64,000 nt of DNA from Felis catus. Its lineage: Eukaryota. This document shows positions 12,127-24,335 of the stretch, one piece after another. The DNA is taken from NCBI RefSeq assembly GCF_018350175.1, contig NC_058382.1:51276001-51340000 (forward strand), written 5' to 3'. Position 1 is the first letter of the stretch. Each line of letters starts with the position of its first letter. The notes under the pieces are model-generated. The model saw only the letters and a program-made list of their open reading frames with translations, had not been told where the DNA came from and ran no database searches. Made by a program: the position numbers and the translations under genes.

Positions 12127-13692
12127 TTTTTTAAAAATCCAAGTTAGTTAACATATAGTGTAACAATGATTTCAGGAGTAGAAGTTAGTGATTCAACACT
12201 TAGATATAACACCCAGTGCTCATCCCAACAAGTGCCCTCCTTAATGCCCATCACCCCTTTAGTCCATCCCCCCACCCAACACCCTGCCAGCAACCCTCAA
12301 TTTGTTCTTTGTATTTAAGAGTCTTTTATGGTTTGTCTCCGTCTCTGTTCTTACATTATTTTTGCTTCCCTTCCCTTAGTGTCATTTGTTTTGTTTCTTA
12401 AATTCCAAATAGGAGTGAAATCATATGATACTTGTCTTTCTCTGATTTATTTAGCTTAGCATAATATACTCTAGTTCCATCCATGTGGTTGAAAATGGCA
12501 AAATTTCATTCTTTTTGATCACCAAGTAAAATCCATTGTGTGTATGTGTGTGTATATATGTGTGTGTGTGTATGTGTATATATATATATATACACATAAA
12601 TATGTATTTGTGTGTGTATGTATATACATATATATGTGTATATATATACATACACATATATATGTGTATGTATATATATACATATACACACACAATGGAT
12701 TTTATACACACACACACACATACCCCACATCTTCTTTATTCATCAATGAACATTTGGGCTCTTCCCATAGTTTGGCTGTTGTTGATAGCGCTGCTGTAAA
12801 CATTGGGGTGCATGCGGCCCTTCAAAACACCATTCCTGTATCCTTTGGATAAATACCTAATAGTGCAATTGCTGGGTCAGAGGGTCATTCTATTTTTAAT
12901 TTTTTGAGGAACCTCCATACTATTTCCCAGAGCGGCTGCACCAGTTGGCATTCCCACCAGCAGTGCAAAAGGGTTCCTCTTTCTCTGCATCCTTGTTGAC
13001 ATCTGTCGTTGCTTGAGTTGTTCATTTTAGCCATTCTGACAGGTGTGAGGTGGTATCTCATTGTCGTTTTGATTTGTATTTCCCTGATGATGAGTGTTGT
13101 TGAGCATCTTTTCATGTGTGTGTTGGCCGTCTGGATGACTTCTTTAAAAAAGTGTCTATTCACGTCTTTTGCCCATTTCTTCACTGGGGTATTTGTGTTT
13201 TGGGTGTTGAGTTTAAGCTTTTTATAGATTTTTGGATACTAACCCTTTATCTGATAGGTCATTTGCAAATATCTTCTCCCATTCCGTCGGTTGCCTTTTA
13301 GTTTTGTTGGTTGTTTCCTTAGCCCTGTTGAAGCTTTTTATCTTGATGAGGACCCAATAGTTCATTTTTACTTTTGTTTCCCTTGCCTCTGGAGACACGT
13401 CAAGTAGGAGGTTGCTGCGACCGAGGTCAGAAAGTTTGTTGCCTGTTTTATCTTCTAGGATTTTGATGGCTCCTGTCTTACATTTAGGTCTTTTATCCAT
13501 TTTGAGTTTATTTTTGTGTATGATGTAAGGAAGTGGTCCAGGTTCATTCTTCTGCATGTCGCTGTCCAGTTTTCCCAGCACCACTTGCTGAAGAGACTGT
13601 CTTTATTCCATTGGCTATTCTTTCCTGCTTTGTCAAAGATCAGTTGGACGTACATTTCTGGGCCCATTTCTGGGTTCTCTATTCTGTTCTAT
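12127..13692 (-). mobile_element. 5'-truncated carnivore L1 (ORF2 C-terminus and 3'UTR), disrupted
   Basis: ORF2 remnants [47 protein letters not shown] and EILPFSTTWMELEYIMLS in several frames; carnivore L1 3'UTR. Confidence 0.95.
12537..12722. repeat. Compound (TG)/(TA)/(CA) microsatellite inside L1
   Basis: Directly visible alternating purine-pyrimidine tract. Confidence 0.95.
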
Positions 13693-16600
13693 CCCTGGAT
13701 GTTTCCAGTACTGCTCTGTGAGGAAGGAGATGCATTGATGAAATTTTCCTTTCCTGACACTGAATGGGGATCACTCTAGAACACATAGGCACCTGTTGGA
13801 TTATTTATATATGTAGGAAAATGAAAGGGAAATGGGAAGACAGGACCACTTACTGTTGGTCCCTCATGCATTTTATTGCAAACAGATGTGGTCAGTGCAT
13901 GGCGATAACTCGCCTCTGGGGTGAATGACTGGGATCCCTTTCCAGGGTAGAGTCGCTGGCTTCCGTTGTGCAGAAAGGACTTCCTGCTACCAGTTTATCA
14001 GTCTTCCTCCTACCTCAGCTCCAGGCTCCACGTACAGGCGTGTGCAGAATGGCTGCCCTTCCCAGAATCCATTCAGTGTGGTTTCCACTGTTACGGGAAC
14101 CTCACATTTTTTTCAGTCCCCATATGTCATCCAAGGACTTGTCAAGGCAAAAGTAAACCAGAAACAACCTCAGATGCTAGAATCCACATACTCTGCTTTT
14201 GTGAAACATCCAACATAATCTCATCTTGAATGGAAAGACTCTTCTCATCTGTACTGATCTCTCTAGTAATATTTTCCATGTTATTACGTTCTGTCTATAT
14301 AGTTCCCTGCCCTGTGACACAGCAGTATCCCTGAGGGCAGTAGTACATTTCCTTTTGTGTTCCCGGCCTAGAGTCTGGCTTGTCGTTCTGCTTCGCGCCA
14401 GTTTTCAGTTGCTGCTGACAGGTGCTCACCTTGTCCATCATTGTTTCAGTCGGTTCCCCTAATAACCTTGTATTTTAGATAACACTGTTATCTCCAATCT
14501 ACACGTGAGGGAACGGAGGCTTAACAGATTCAATGTTTGAAGCACTTGACATGGAAAAGGCAGGTGGAAAAATATTTTGTAAATGTAAAGAAAAAGCAAA
14601 TGAAAGGTAAGTTAATTTTAAAAGGAAATATATTGAGGAAAAAGAATATGACCCAGGAGAATTTTGAGGGGAAAATATTTGTTGAACAACACGTTTTGAG
14701 GGCCCTGATCTAGGCTCTGACAAGACTGAGGATATATTCATCTTGACCTGATTATGGAGGAAACACACTGCTTTCTGGGTGCCCCATCGTGAAGGAAGTG
14801 TGGCCCCAGGGCTCAGAGCTGGGGGACCTCCCAGAAGGGAGCGGCCATTTTACCCTGAGCTGGGTTTCATGCGCGGCTTTGTAGATGAGAATAGTAATGG
14901 TATTATGTATTTTGAATGGGCAGAGGGAAGGAAACAGTTCTTGTAAAGCAGGAAAACTGTGGGACCAGTAGTGGGAAAGTAAGAAAGTATATTTGGGGCA
15001 AATTTGAAAATAAGTACAGAAGTGAAATCAGAAGAGAGGACAAAAAAATCACTGTGCGTTTCTCTGCTTGAAGGTCAACACCATGACCCTCATCTCCCCC
15101 AGTCTGAAATCCAGCCCCCTTTTCCACACGAGGTATGTTCATTTGCTTCAGTTGTTAAGACAACTAAAATAGCTGAGCTAAAAACACAGTTCCCAGCTGA
15201 ATTAGATAAAATCTCCGAAGTTGTACGCATTCTTGTGAATTAGTTTATTTTAGCGGGGTGTGTGCATGGGCCACATGAGCCCTAAATGTCTGTGCCCTGA
15301 GGGCAGGATCCATGTACAGTTTGTTTGCATTTCTCAGGGTGCCCGCTGGGCACAGACCACTAAAGGCAGCAGGACCTTGGTAAGTATGCGTAGAATAGTC
15401 CTGGGGCTGGGGTGGGGGAGAGGAATTACATGGAAACCGTTGAATCAGAGAGTCAGCGGTTACTTCCTGAGGGGAGAAGGAAGGGGAGTGTTGAGAGCCC
15501 AGTTGGGACCCAGACACAAGAAGTCTCGGTTGTACGCATTTTATCACATACTCAGGAGCACCCATTGAAAGGTTCCTTGAGCAGTAGACTGGTCAGGATC
15601 AGAGCCACTCTGAACAATGTAATGGAGCAGGAGGCTGAGGTTGGAAAGATGATGTTGAATCTCCTAGAACAGTTCAGAAGGAGGCAGCAGGGGCCTGACC
15701 CAGGCAGTAGGCAGAGAAGACAGAGATGATGGGTCTAAAGACCACGGGAATGCCAGTTCAATTCTAATTCTTTCTTTGAGCGGATCTAAAGTCTGAAAAT
15801 CAGGAGAGTGATTTCATTATTTTTATTCTCAAAAAGGAACTCCTGTTTGGTGGGACAGGGGTTGAGTTGTAGTATTTTGGTATAACGCCACTGATCCTGT
15901 GTAGCGTTTCATAGCACCTGCTGGATACACATACGTGCATACAGGGGTGCTCAAGTTCTCACCTGACTACCTGGGTTCAAATCCATGCCTCCCCACCTGT
16001 GTGCCCCTCCCCAGTCTCAGTGATTCAAGTGAATGTGAGGTTAGTAGCCGTGTGAGTACAGCAGGGCCGCTGTGGGGATTAAGGACCTGACCCCCAGTAA
16101 GAGCTCATGCTCACTAACTAGAACCCATCCTGTTATAACGACATGTATTTACAAAATTCTGATCACATTCAGTGAACAAACCAAGGAGCACATGGCCTCA
16201 CTTGATATGTTCTGTCTATATGTATTGTGTTCTTAAATATTGGCCTTGTAATTATCTTTACAATGGGGTCTATTAAACTCGTTTTCTTAGGAACAAATTG
16301 GTATGCATTGCCTACTTTTTTCAGTGAACAAACTAAAAGATTCACTTTCTAACTTTATTTGGAAGAAGAGGAAAATTTCCACACAATGGGACTATAAATT
16401 TAAGTGAAAGAATACCCTTAGGTATTTACAATAGATAGCAGACTGTGTTCTTAGTCTTTCTGAAGGTGTGAAATGGTAGTTAATTGCTTTGTTCTCAATT
16501 TTAAAGAGCAAAGAGTTCATAAATAATAAGCCTGAGTGGCAGTTTGCAAAGGCTCTAAAACCTCTCAATGTGTTTCTTCATTGCCCAAGACGTAATTCTT

Positions 16601-17142
16601 CTGAGTGTTGATTATTCCCATGAATTTTAAAATATTTTTTAAATGCTCTGCAAAGAATAAACAGATGAAAATTATCTCTGAATTCCTTTTAAATAGAACT
16701 GTAAGAATCATGAGAAACATACAACCTTTGGTTTCCTGTGATCCACACATCCCTTATCTAGCTATAATATTTCTTACAAATAAAACCTAGGGTCCTACAG
16801 TGAAATGTAAATAAGGAGTCACTGCTTCCTAACTGCATAATGATGAGAGATTTTTTTTTTATTTGGGTCACCTGTTCTATGTATATGCATGGAGAGAGAG
16901 AGTCTATTTTCATCATGTCTAGCAGCTATTTGCTCTTGGAAAATATCCATCATTAAGTGACTGTATTATCTACTCAAATGCTTCTGGATTACAAATTTCA
17001 CCAAACATTTAAAAATACTTCCATGTATGTTTAGAACTCTACTATCCTTGAGATGCAATACGTTTGCCTCATATTTGGCCTGTTGTCACCAAAACCCACC
17101 ACAAAGAGTGTCGTGAAAACCAAACCCATCATCGGGGGGTAG

Positions 17143-17360
17143 AGGGACGCCTGAGTGGCTCAGTCAGTGGAGCATCTGATTTCCTCTCAGGGAATGATCT
17201 CACAGCTGGTGAGTTCGAGTCCCGCGTTGGGCTCTGGGTGACAGCTCAGAGCCTGGAGCCTGCTTCAGATTCTGTGTCCTCCTCTCTCTCTGCCCCTTCC
17301 CCGCTCACGTTCCTTCTCTCTATCAAAAATAAATAAACATAAAAAAATAAAAATAAAAAA
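17143..17360 (+). mobile_element. Can-SINE
   Basis: GGGACGCCTGAGTGGCTCAGTC head; A-rich tail. Confidence 0.9.
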
Positions 17361-17425
17361 CCCACACCTATCGGAGGTAAATACAAGTCTTTGGGACACC
17401 CTAGCATCATGAGATTGAGATTTTC

Positions 17426-17658
17426 TTTTTTTTTTCCTTTTGTAAATTTTTTTTTCAACGTTTATTTATTTTTGGGACAGAGAAAGACAGAGCATGAACG
17501 GGGGAGGGGCAGAGAGAGAGGGAGACACAGAATCGGAAACAGGCTCCAGGCTCTGAGCCATCAGCCCAGAGCCTGATGCGGGGCTCGAACTCACAGACCG
17601 CGAGATCGTGACCTGGCTAAAGTCGGACGCTTAACCGACTGCGCCACCCAGGCGCCCC
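17426..17658 (-). mobile_element. Young SINEC_Fc-type Can-SINE with TSD
   Basis: TSD GAGATTGAG(A/G)TTTTC at 17411-17425 and 17659-17673. Confidence 0.95.
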
Positions 17659-17726
17659 GAGATTGAGGTTTTCAGGCACTCCCTTTACCTAGACATGTTA
17701 TATCACTTTTTAGTCATTAAAAAAAA

Positions 17727-17935
17727 ATTTTTTTAATGTTTTTATTTATTTTTGAGACAGAGACAGAGTATGAGCAAAGGAGGGGAAGAGATGGAGGGAG
17801 ACACAGAATCTGAAGCAGGCTCCAGGCCCCGAGCTGTCAGTGCAGAGCCCGACGCGGGGCTCGATCTCACGGACTGTGACATCATGACCTCAGCTGAGGT
17901 CGGACGCTTAACCGACTGAGCCACCCAGGTGCCCC
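17727..17935 (-). mobile_element. Can-SINE
   Basis: Full head, CT tract and tail in antisense. Confidence 0.92.
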
Positions 17936-17989
17936 TTTAGTTGTTATTGAATAAGCGTTAAAGTAGAGTGGGATGCATATGCCAGGCAG

Positions 17990-18602
17990 TCCATGGAAGA
18001 ACAAAGAAAGCCACCCTTTTGTAAGGCCAAACACATAGAGCCCATTGATAAGCAGTAACTGTCTCCCGACTGGCAGAATTCATAGCACCCTTTGTCTCGC
18101 ATAAGCCATCCTAAACTCATTTGGCAATTGGAGTGACTAGCTGTGGTAGCTAACGGGCTTTATCCAAAGGACGATGAGATGGCAGGAGGGAGTTTCGGAG
18201 GTAGGCACCTGTGCAAGGTAGACTCCTCCCTTCCCACAGACCCTGGGAGATGGCGGTGCTGTCTTCCAGGATGGGTACATTCCAAAGACATGGCTGGCTC
18301 AGTGGGTAGAGCAAGCCTCTTGGTCTCGGGCTTGTGAGTTCAAGCCCCAGGTTGGGTGTAGAGATAACTTAAGAAAACAGAGCTGGTTCCCAGGTTCTGC
18401 AGAAAGAGTCTCATGGGTCACAGAGGTGGTAAGAGGCTTATGTAGCTTTTTTTGAAAGACTTATATAAATTTCAAAGACAGAAAGAGCTGACAAGTTTTC
18501 TAAAGTAAATGTTCTAAGAAAAGGCAGGCAGGTGAAATCTCTTCCCTTATTTTCAACAGGGAGCATTAAGCCTCTTATTTTAATTCCTGTTTTCCCCAAA
18601 CA
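17990..18602 (-). mobile_element. ERV1-type solo LTR (MER34-like), interrupted by a short SINE
   Basis: Minus strand starts TGTTTGGGGAAACAGGAATTAAAATAAGAGGCTTAATGCTCCCTGTTGAAAATAAGGGAAGAGATTTC; left boundary uncertain. Confidence 0.55.
18283..18377 (+). mobile_element. Short old tRNA-Lys-derived carnivore SINE
   Basis: TGGCTGGCTCAGTGGGTAGAGCA...GTGAGTTCAAGCCCCAGGTTGGGTGTAGAGAT (A and B boxes). Confidence 0.8.
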
Positions 18603-18780
18603 GCCTTGGATGTCCATTCAGCTTTCTCGGCCTCCTTTTCCTCCATGTAGAAAGAGGGGGGTGGGGGTCCCTATCTGTGTTTACAAATGACTTTCTTACC
18701 AGACTTGAGAACCACTGAACTGCCAGAAAGAGAAGCTTCCAAATTCTTCCACATTTTCACGTCCATTCTCATGGTACAAT

Positions 18781-18782
<2 letters not shown>

Positions 18783-18832
<50 letters not shown>
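18783..18832. repeat. (AC)25 microsatellite
   Basis: Perfect dinucleotide run. Confidence 0.98.
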
Positions 18833-18834
<2 letters not shown>

Positions 18835-19145
18835 CTAGCCTTAGAAGGCAGAACATTTCAGGTTCAAGCTTGAAATCTTCACAAACTAAACGTGACCTAG
18901 GGCTTCTTATTTTCCTCTTTAATCTCCAACTACCTCGCCTGTAAATGCAAATAGATATGATGGTGTCAATGGAGTTATTTTAAAGACAAAATAAGGGGTC
19001 GATTTCCCTCCCTTATTAAGGGGGTCACTATTATATAATATGTAGTCTGTGCATTCGTGGGAATGATAAGCATATCTCCCTATTCACCCTGAATCCCAGC
19101 TTTGAAAGCTAAATAAATCTGTCAACTAGTTTTTGTTTCACATGT

Positions 19146-19356
19146 TTATTTTTTTAAATCTTTTTATGTTTATTTATCTTTGAGAGACAGAGAAGGAGCA
19201 GGGGAAGGGCAGAGAGAGAGGCAGACACAGAATCTGAAGGAGGCTCCAAGCTCTGGGCTGTCAGCAGAGAGCCCAATGCGGGGCTGGAACTCACAAATTG
19301 TGAGATCGTGACCTGAGCCGAAGTCAGTTCCTTAACTGACTGAGCCACCCAGGTGC
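19146..19356 (-). mobile_element. Can-SINE (first of a tandem pair)
   Basis: Antisense head and tail motifs. Confidence 0.9.
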
Positions 19357-19360
19357 CTAT

Positions 19361-19548
19361 CAAATGTTTGTTTATTTTTGAGAAAGAGAGCGAGCGAGCA
19401 AGGGAGGGGCAGAGAAAGGGGGCAGACATCTGAAGCAGGCTCCATATTGACAGCCCAGAACCTGATGTGGGGCTCGAACCAACGAACTGTGATAGCATGA
19501 CCTGAGCCGAAGTCGGATGTTCAACTGACTGAGGCACCTAGGTGCCCC
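19361..19548 (-). mobile_element. Can-SINE (second of a tandem pair)
   Basis: Ends GGCACCTAGGTGCCCC on +. Confidence 0.9.
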
Positions 19549-19723
19549 AAAATGCAATACTCTTTATCAATGGCTGGCTTAGGGCAGTGTTTCACCAAAG
19601 TGTGGGACTCATATTACTCATGTCTATGATCCCGATGGCCCATTGAATCACATTGAAACACACAGTGGTGATGTTATTCTCCTTTCAAAAATGGTTAAAT
19701 ATGTTTAAAAAAGAAACACTTTT

Positions 19724-19945
19724 GGGACGCCTGGGTGGCTCAGTTGGTTAAGCGGCCTACTTCGGCCCAGGTCATGATCTCACGGTCCGTGAGTTCGAGC
19801 CCCGCGTCGGGCTCTGTGCTAACAGCTCAGAGCCTGGAGCCTGTTTCAGATTCTGTGTCTCCCTCTCTCTGACCCTCCCCGTTCATGCTTTGTCTCTGTC
19901 TGTCTCAAAAATAAATAAATTCTAAAAAAAAATAAAAAAAATAAA
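19724..19945 (+). mobile_element. Can-SINE with TSD
   Basis: TSD AAAAGAAACACTTTT on both sides. Confidence 0.95.
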
Positions 19946-20068
19946 AAGAAACACTTTTACTTTGATTTAAAATGCCTCAAATACATCCCTAAAACTTCTA
20001 ATGCCACCCTCCCCCCCCTTTCAGTAACACCTTAGGTCAGCAACTACATTTTTCCTTTTTATTGAAAG

Positions 20069-20251
20069 ATTTTTTTTTCATGTTTACTTATTTTGAGAGA
20101 GGGAGAGACAGAGGGAGAGAGAATCCTAAGTAGGCTCCACACTGTCAGCACAGAGCCTGACATGGGGCTCACTCCCACAAACTATGAAATCATGACCAGA
20201 GCCTAAATCAAGAGTTGGGCACTCAACTGATTGAGCCACTCAGGCGCCCCC
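20069..20251 (-). mobile_element. Can-SINE
   Basis: Ends GAGCCACTCAGGCGCCCC; GCAACTA(C/T)ATTTTTC duplicated on the flanks. Confidence 0.9.
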
Positions 20252-21896
20252 GGCAACTATATTTTTCTAGAACTTCACATACTTGTTTAACTTTCCCTCT
20301 ATTTATTTTTGTGTTTGCCTCCTAAAGAAGTCAGGGCTAGATTTTCATACGATAATAAGAAAGTTTTTTTTTTAAAGTAAAAAATGAATGGGTTTATTTA
20401 AAGAAACCTGTAAAATGAAATGAATGGGTTCCACACAGTTCTGACCAATCAGGGCACGTGCATCGAAAGCAGTAAATCCTTCTCATGCTTCCAGAATGGT
20501 AAGTGGAAGCCACAGCCTTAAACTTTCCCAGCCGGGCGGTGGGGGGGGTTAGGGGGCGGAGAGAAGGAGAGGGGCACATGGCAACCTTGCAAACCCTGCC
20601 TTGGCGTAATTGTGAATGATTTCTGTGTTGCTGAAGGACCAGGGTCAGAATAGAAAATTCAGCGGAGGTTCCTGTGAAAGAAATCCAGATGACATTGTGC
20701 GAGAATCTTTATTATCCATTGACACCCTGCTTTTGTGTCTTTAAACACACTGATACGACTCTAGTGTTCAGGGCAGGGAGATCATGGTTCTGTTGTTTTC
20801 GCCTGGCTCATGCCATTTCTTAAAAGTCGAGTAAACTCCATTTGAGGTGGAATTAACAAAATGAAGCCCATCCAGTGAGGAAAGTACGATCAAGATTTTG
20901 AGATCTATGTCTTAAGAGCTGAGGCTGAAGAAGCTAAGAATAATTTTTCTGATGACACAGAGTTGGCTACTGACATCCCCTTTGTGTGTGTGAACGTCTT
21001 TCGTGGGATAAAGAAACCAGCAAGATTTGCTGGTAAATACTGTGGTCCAAAGGTAAAGTCAGCCACTTGGGGTAGTGAGAGCTCTGTCAGCAGAGGTAAT
21101 CAAACAGGTCAGGCAGCAGTGGACAAGTGTGCAGTCACAGCTGTGTGCAATGGTTGGGGCATTAAGGTAAGAGGCCTGGTTGGGGTGTGGCGTGTGAGGG
21201 TGTAAGTTAGAAAGGAGTTAAAATGTGAAAAATAACCTGCTCATCTACAGCCTGTTTACCAGGACTGAGGATCCTCTGTTTCGGAGTATGAACAACTTTT
21301 AAAACTTTCTGGTAAAGTTGCTTAATTCTAATTGTCACTTCCAACGACAGAATCGTCACATGACATGACGTCAGTGCAGCAGAAGCATGAGTCTTAAAGA
21401 GAACCTCCAAAGACCAGAAAGAAAACTAGGGGTAACTGGTGAGTTTGCACAGTGCAAAGGCAGCTCTGTGGAGGGGACGATGGGCCCAGAGTATGTTTGG
21501 AGGTAATCCTGGGCTATGCTGACGGCCAGCTGGCTTTTCTGTTGTGTTTTCTTGTCTTCCAAAAGCTGAGTCTTGGGGTTCAGGTGGGAAAGGCCCAGCT
21601 TCTGGCCTGGAACAGTCAAGTCTGACTTGCTATGTGTGTGTCTAACCAGAAGATGGCAGCATCTGCCCAGAGATGCGCCAACCCTCCACTGCTACCAGCT
21701 GGCAAGGTGGGATGTATTTAAGGGACACAAGAGGGCTCCAGCTCTCACCACTGGTGGCGGAGCCGGCTGGTTTGGAGGGTCTCCATGTCTCCATGTTTCC
21801 CCCTACAAGTTCTTCTTCCCTACAACTCCTTCCACCCAACCACACACACCCCTATACCTATTCATAAACAGGATCCTGTGGCTGCCTACGTGCCTG

Positions 21897-21897
<1 letters not shown>

Positions 21898-21945
<48 letters not shown>
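21898..21945. repeat. (CA)24 microsatellite
   Basis: Perfect dinucleotide run. Confidence 0.98.
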
Positions 21946-21947
<2 letters not shown>

Positions 21948-23662
21948 ATTCCCAAGCTGAGACAGGGCCAATGAGCTACTAAATCCCAAGGTGCCATTTC
22001 TTCTTTGCCAAAATCTAAGTAGGTAATCACAAGAAGTGTTGTACATTAAATGCATGTTTCAGTGGTGGGATTTTTTAGACTCCAAGGTCACCCAGGGTAC
22101 CAGATGGACAGAGGTTGTATCCAGTAGGTAACAACAGCAAATAAAGAATCAAGACTGTGTACTTCTATGTGCCCGGTGCAATGATCATGGATGTTATCTA
22201 TCATAAGAAATTCTAAAAAATGTATATACTTCTTTAATAATGAATATATAAATTATATATATAGCATAATACATTTCTAGCTTCATGGTGCGAGAGAAGT
22301 AACTTCATCCCCCATTCCTTGGTTCTCCCGGTCACTTCTGTCACTTCTTCATTGTCCTAAACCACCTAGTGGTAGATAAGAGATTTAATCCTGAATTTAC
22401 CTGATTCCAAACACTCTCTCCTTTGTCCTCTGTGTCTCCTACCACATGGGGACAACAAGAAATACTCATTCCTCTGAAAGGAATTTACTGCCAATTGCAA
22501 TTATTTTTCCTCTTCCAAATAGAATACAGGTGAATTAAACAAAAACTCTTGCCAAGTGCTACATAGAAACTTTTCTACCAAAAGCAAGTTCCAAGTTCAA
22601 TGGAATGGAACGTGGAATTCTGGCTTGATGTGGCTCTACAGGGGCATTGCATAAAACACAATTTTCTGTAATCACAGTAGCACTGGAAGAGCCCAATAAC
22701 CATTTGACTTTGAAAACACGGCTAAATGAAAATTGCTGTGCTTGTTTTGTAGAACGTTAATGAATAAGATCAAGTGTATACTCTCAGGTCCAGGTGAGAC
22801 GGAATGAATGTGACACAGATGCCTGTTGTATACAGGGGCCGTGCATCCATCTGGTAAAGCCACATTAGAGTAAAGTGGCATCAGCCTTGGAGTCACGTTC
22901 TAAGTAGTGAATGTGATCATTTCCCTCTATTCCACCTTGGCCAGACTGCTCCTGCTGACGCCAACATTTTGGCCAAAGGAAAATGGTCAGGAGAAGAGAG
23001 ACTGGATGGTCAGGCACTAACTGCTCCAGGCCAGACGTCCCCTGGGCCCTCAGCTCTTTCTAACCCTGTAGGCTGGAGAAGAAGTGATTTAAGGAGAGCA
23101 GAGAGCCTGTATTGAAATATGCAGGGGATGTTTGGGGAGCCCTTGGAGATCAGATACAGACAGGCCCGAGAACAGAAAGTAGACACAGAGGGTGTCTCCT
23201 TTAAGGAAAAACATGGCGGCACGTATCACCGTCCCACAGTGGCCTGGGTGGCCTGGCAAGGGCCAGTAAACTCTTGGTGTAGTGATGAGATACACAAGCG
23301 GAAGGAAGAAGATCCTTTCTGTGTCTGGAAGTATAAACCACAGCTCTCCCAGAGCCTTCAGTCTGATGTGGAAAACGGCATTAACCGCCATGGGGGTGAC
23401 CTGTATTATAATAGGGAAAGAACGAGGTGCTAAGGAGCCCATCAGAGAAGCCCCTAATCCCTTCTCAGGGGAGTCAGAGAACAATTCTTAGAGAAAGGCA
23501 GTCTAATTCGAGACTTGAATATGGGAGTCCCTTGGATTAAGAATGTGGGAAAAAGAAAATTTTACCCTGGAAATAATCCACTTTTCCAACACAAAGTTGC
23601 CCATGGCTTCCTATACATACATGGAAACGTTTCTGCTTCCCAAACACTAAGACAAGGGTCTC

Positions 23663-24335
23663 GTTGTATCCATTATCTATTGCTGCCTAACAAACCATCT
23701 CAAAATATTGGGTCTTAAAACCATGACCATTTATTTGCTCCCGATTCTGCAGTTTGGGCTGGGCTCAGTCAGGTGGTATTGTTCTGGTTTGTCTAGAATC
23801 AGTCACAGACCTGCTGTCACCCGTTAGCTCAACTGGGGAGATAGTCCAGATGGCCTGGTTTCTGGCAGGCTACAGTGGGAAGGACAGCCTTCTTTACATG
23901 GTCAGCATTTCACAGGCCAGCATTTCAGGAGATTAAAGGAAGACCTTTCAAGGCACCCTGGAGGACTAGATTGTAGAAATCACCTAGCATCACTTTTCCC
24001 GCATCCTAGTAGTCAAAGCAAATTTGAAACTAAAGAATGAGGAAATGGGGTGTCTGGCTGTCTCACTTGGCTAAGTGTCTGACTCTTGGTTTCAACTGAG
24101 GTCATGATGCGGTTCATGAGTTTGAGCCCCGCATCGGGTTTTGCACACATGTGTGGAGCCTACGTGGGATTCTCTCTCTTCCTTTCTCTACTCCTCCCCT
24201 GCTCATGCTCGCGTGCTCTCTCTCTCTCTCTCAAAATAAATAAACTTTAAAAAATTATAAAAAAGATTGAGGAAAAAATACCTAGTTTTGACAGGAGGAA
24301 CCACAAAAGATGGTGGCTGTGAGCTTCAGTCTATG
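23663..24335 (-). mobile_element. MaLR LTR (MLT1-like) interrupted by a SINE
   Basis: CTATTGCTGCCTAACAAACCATCTCAAAA...CATTTATTTGCTC...CTGGGCTCAG antisense MLT1 signature. Confidence 0.75.
24047..24262 (+). mobile_element. Can-SINE
   Basis: Diverged head, (CT)n tract, AAATAAA tail. Confidence 0.88.

Larger units (their letters stand above)
19584..20425. mobile_element. hAT-Charlie (Charlie4-like) fossil split by two SINEs
   Basis: CAGTGTTTCACCAAAGTGTGG hAT-type terminus; internal ATTGAATCACA/GTTATTCTCCTTTCAA and AAAAATGAATGGGTTTATTTAAAGAAA motifs. Confidence 0.5.

Noticed and set aside
12451..12852. CVCVYIY/HTHT-rich ORFs
   Set aside because: Translation of a dinucleotide microsatellite within L1.
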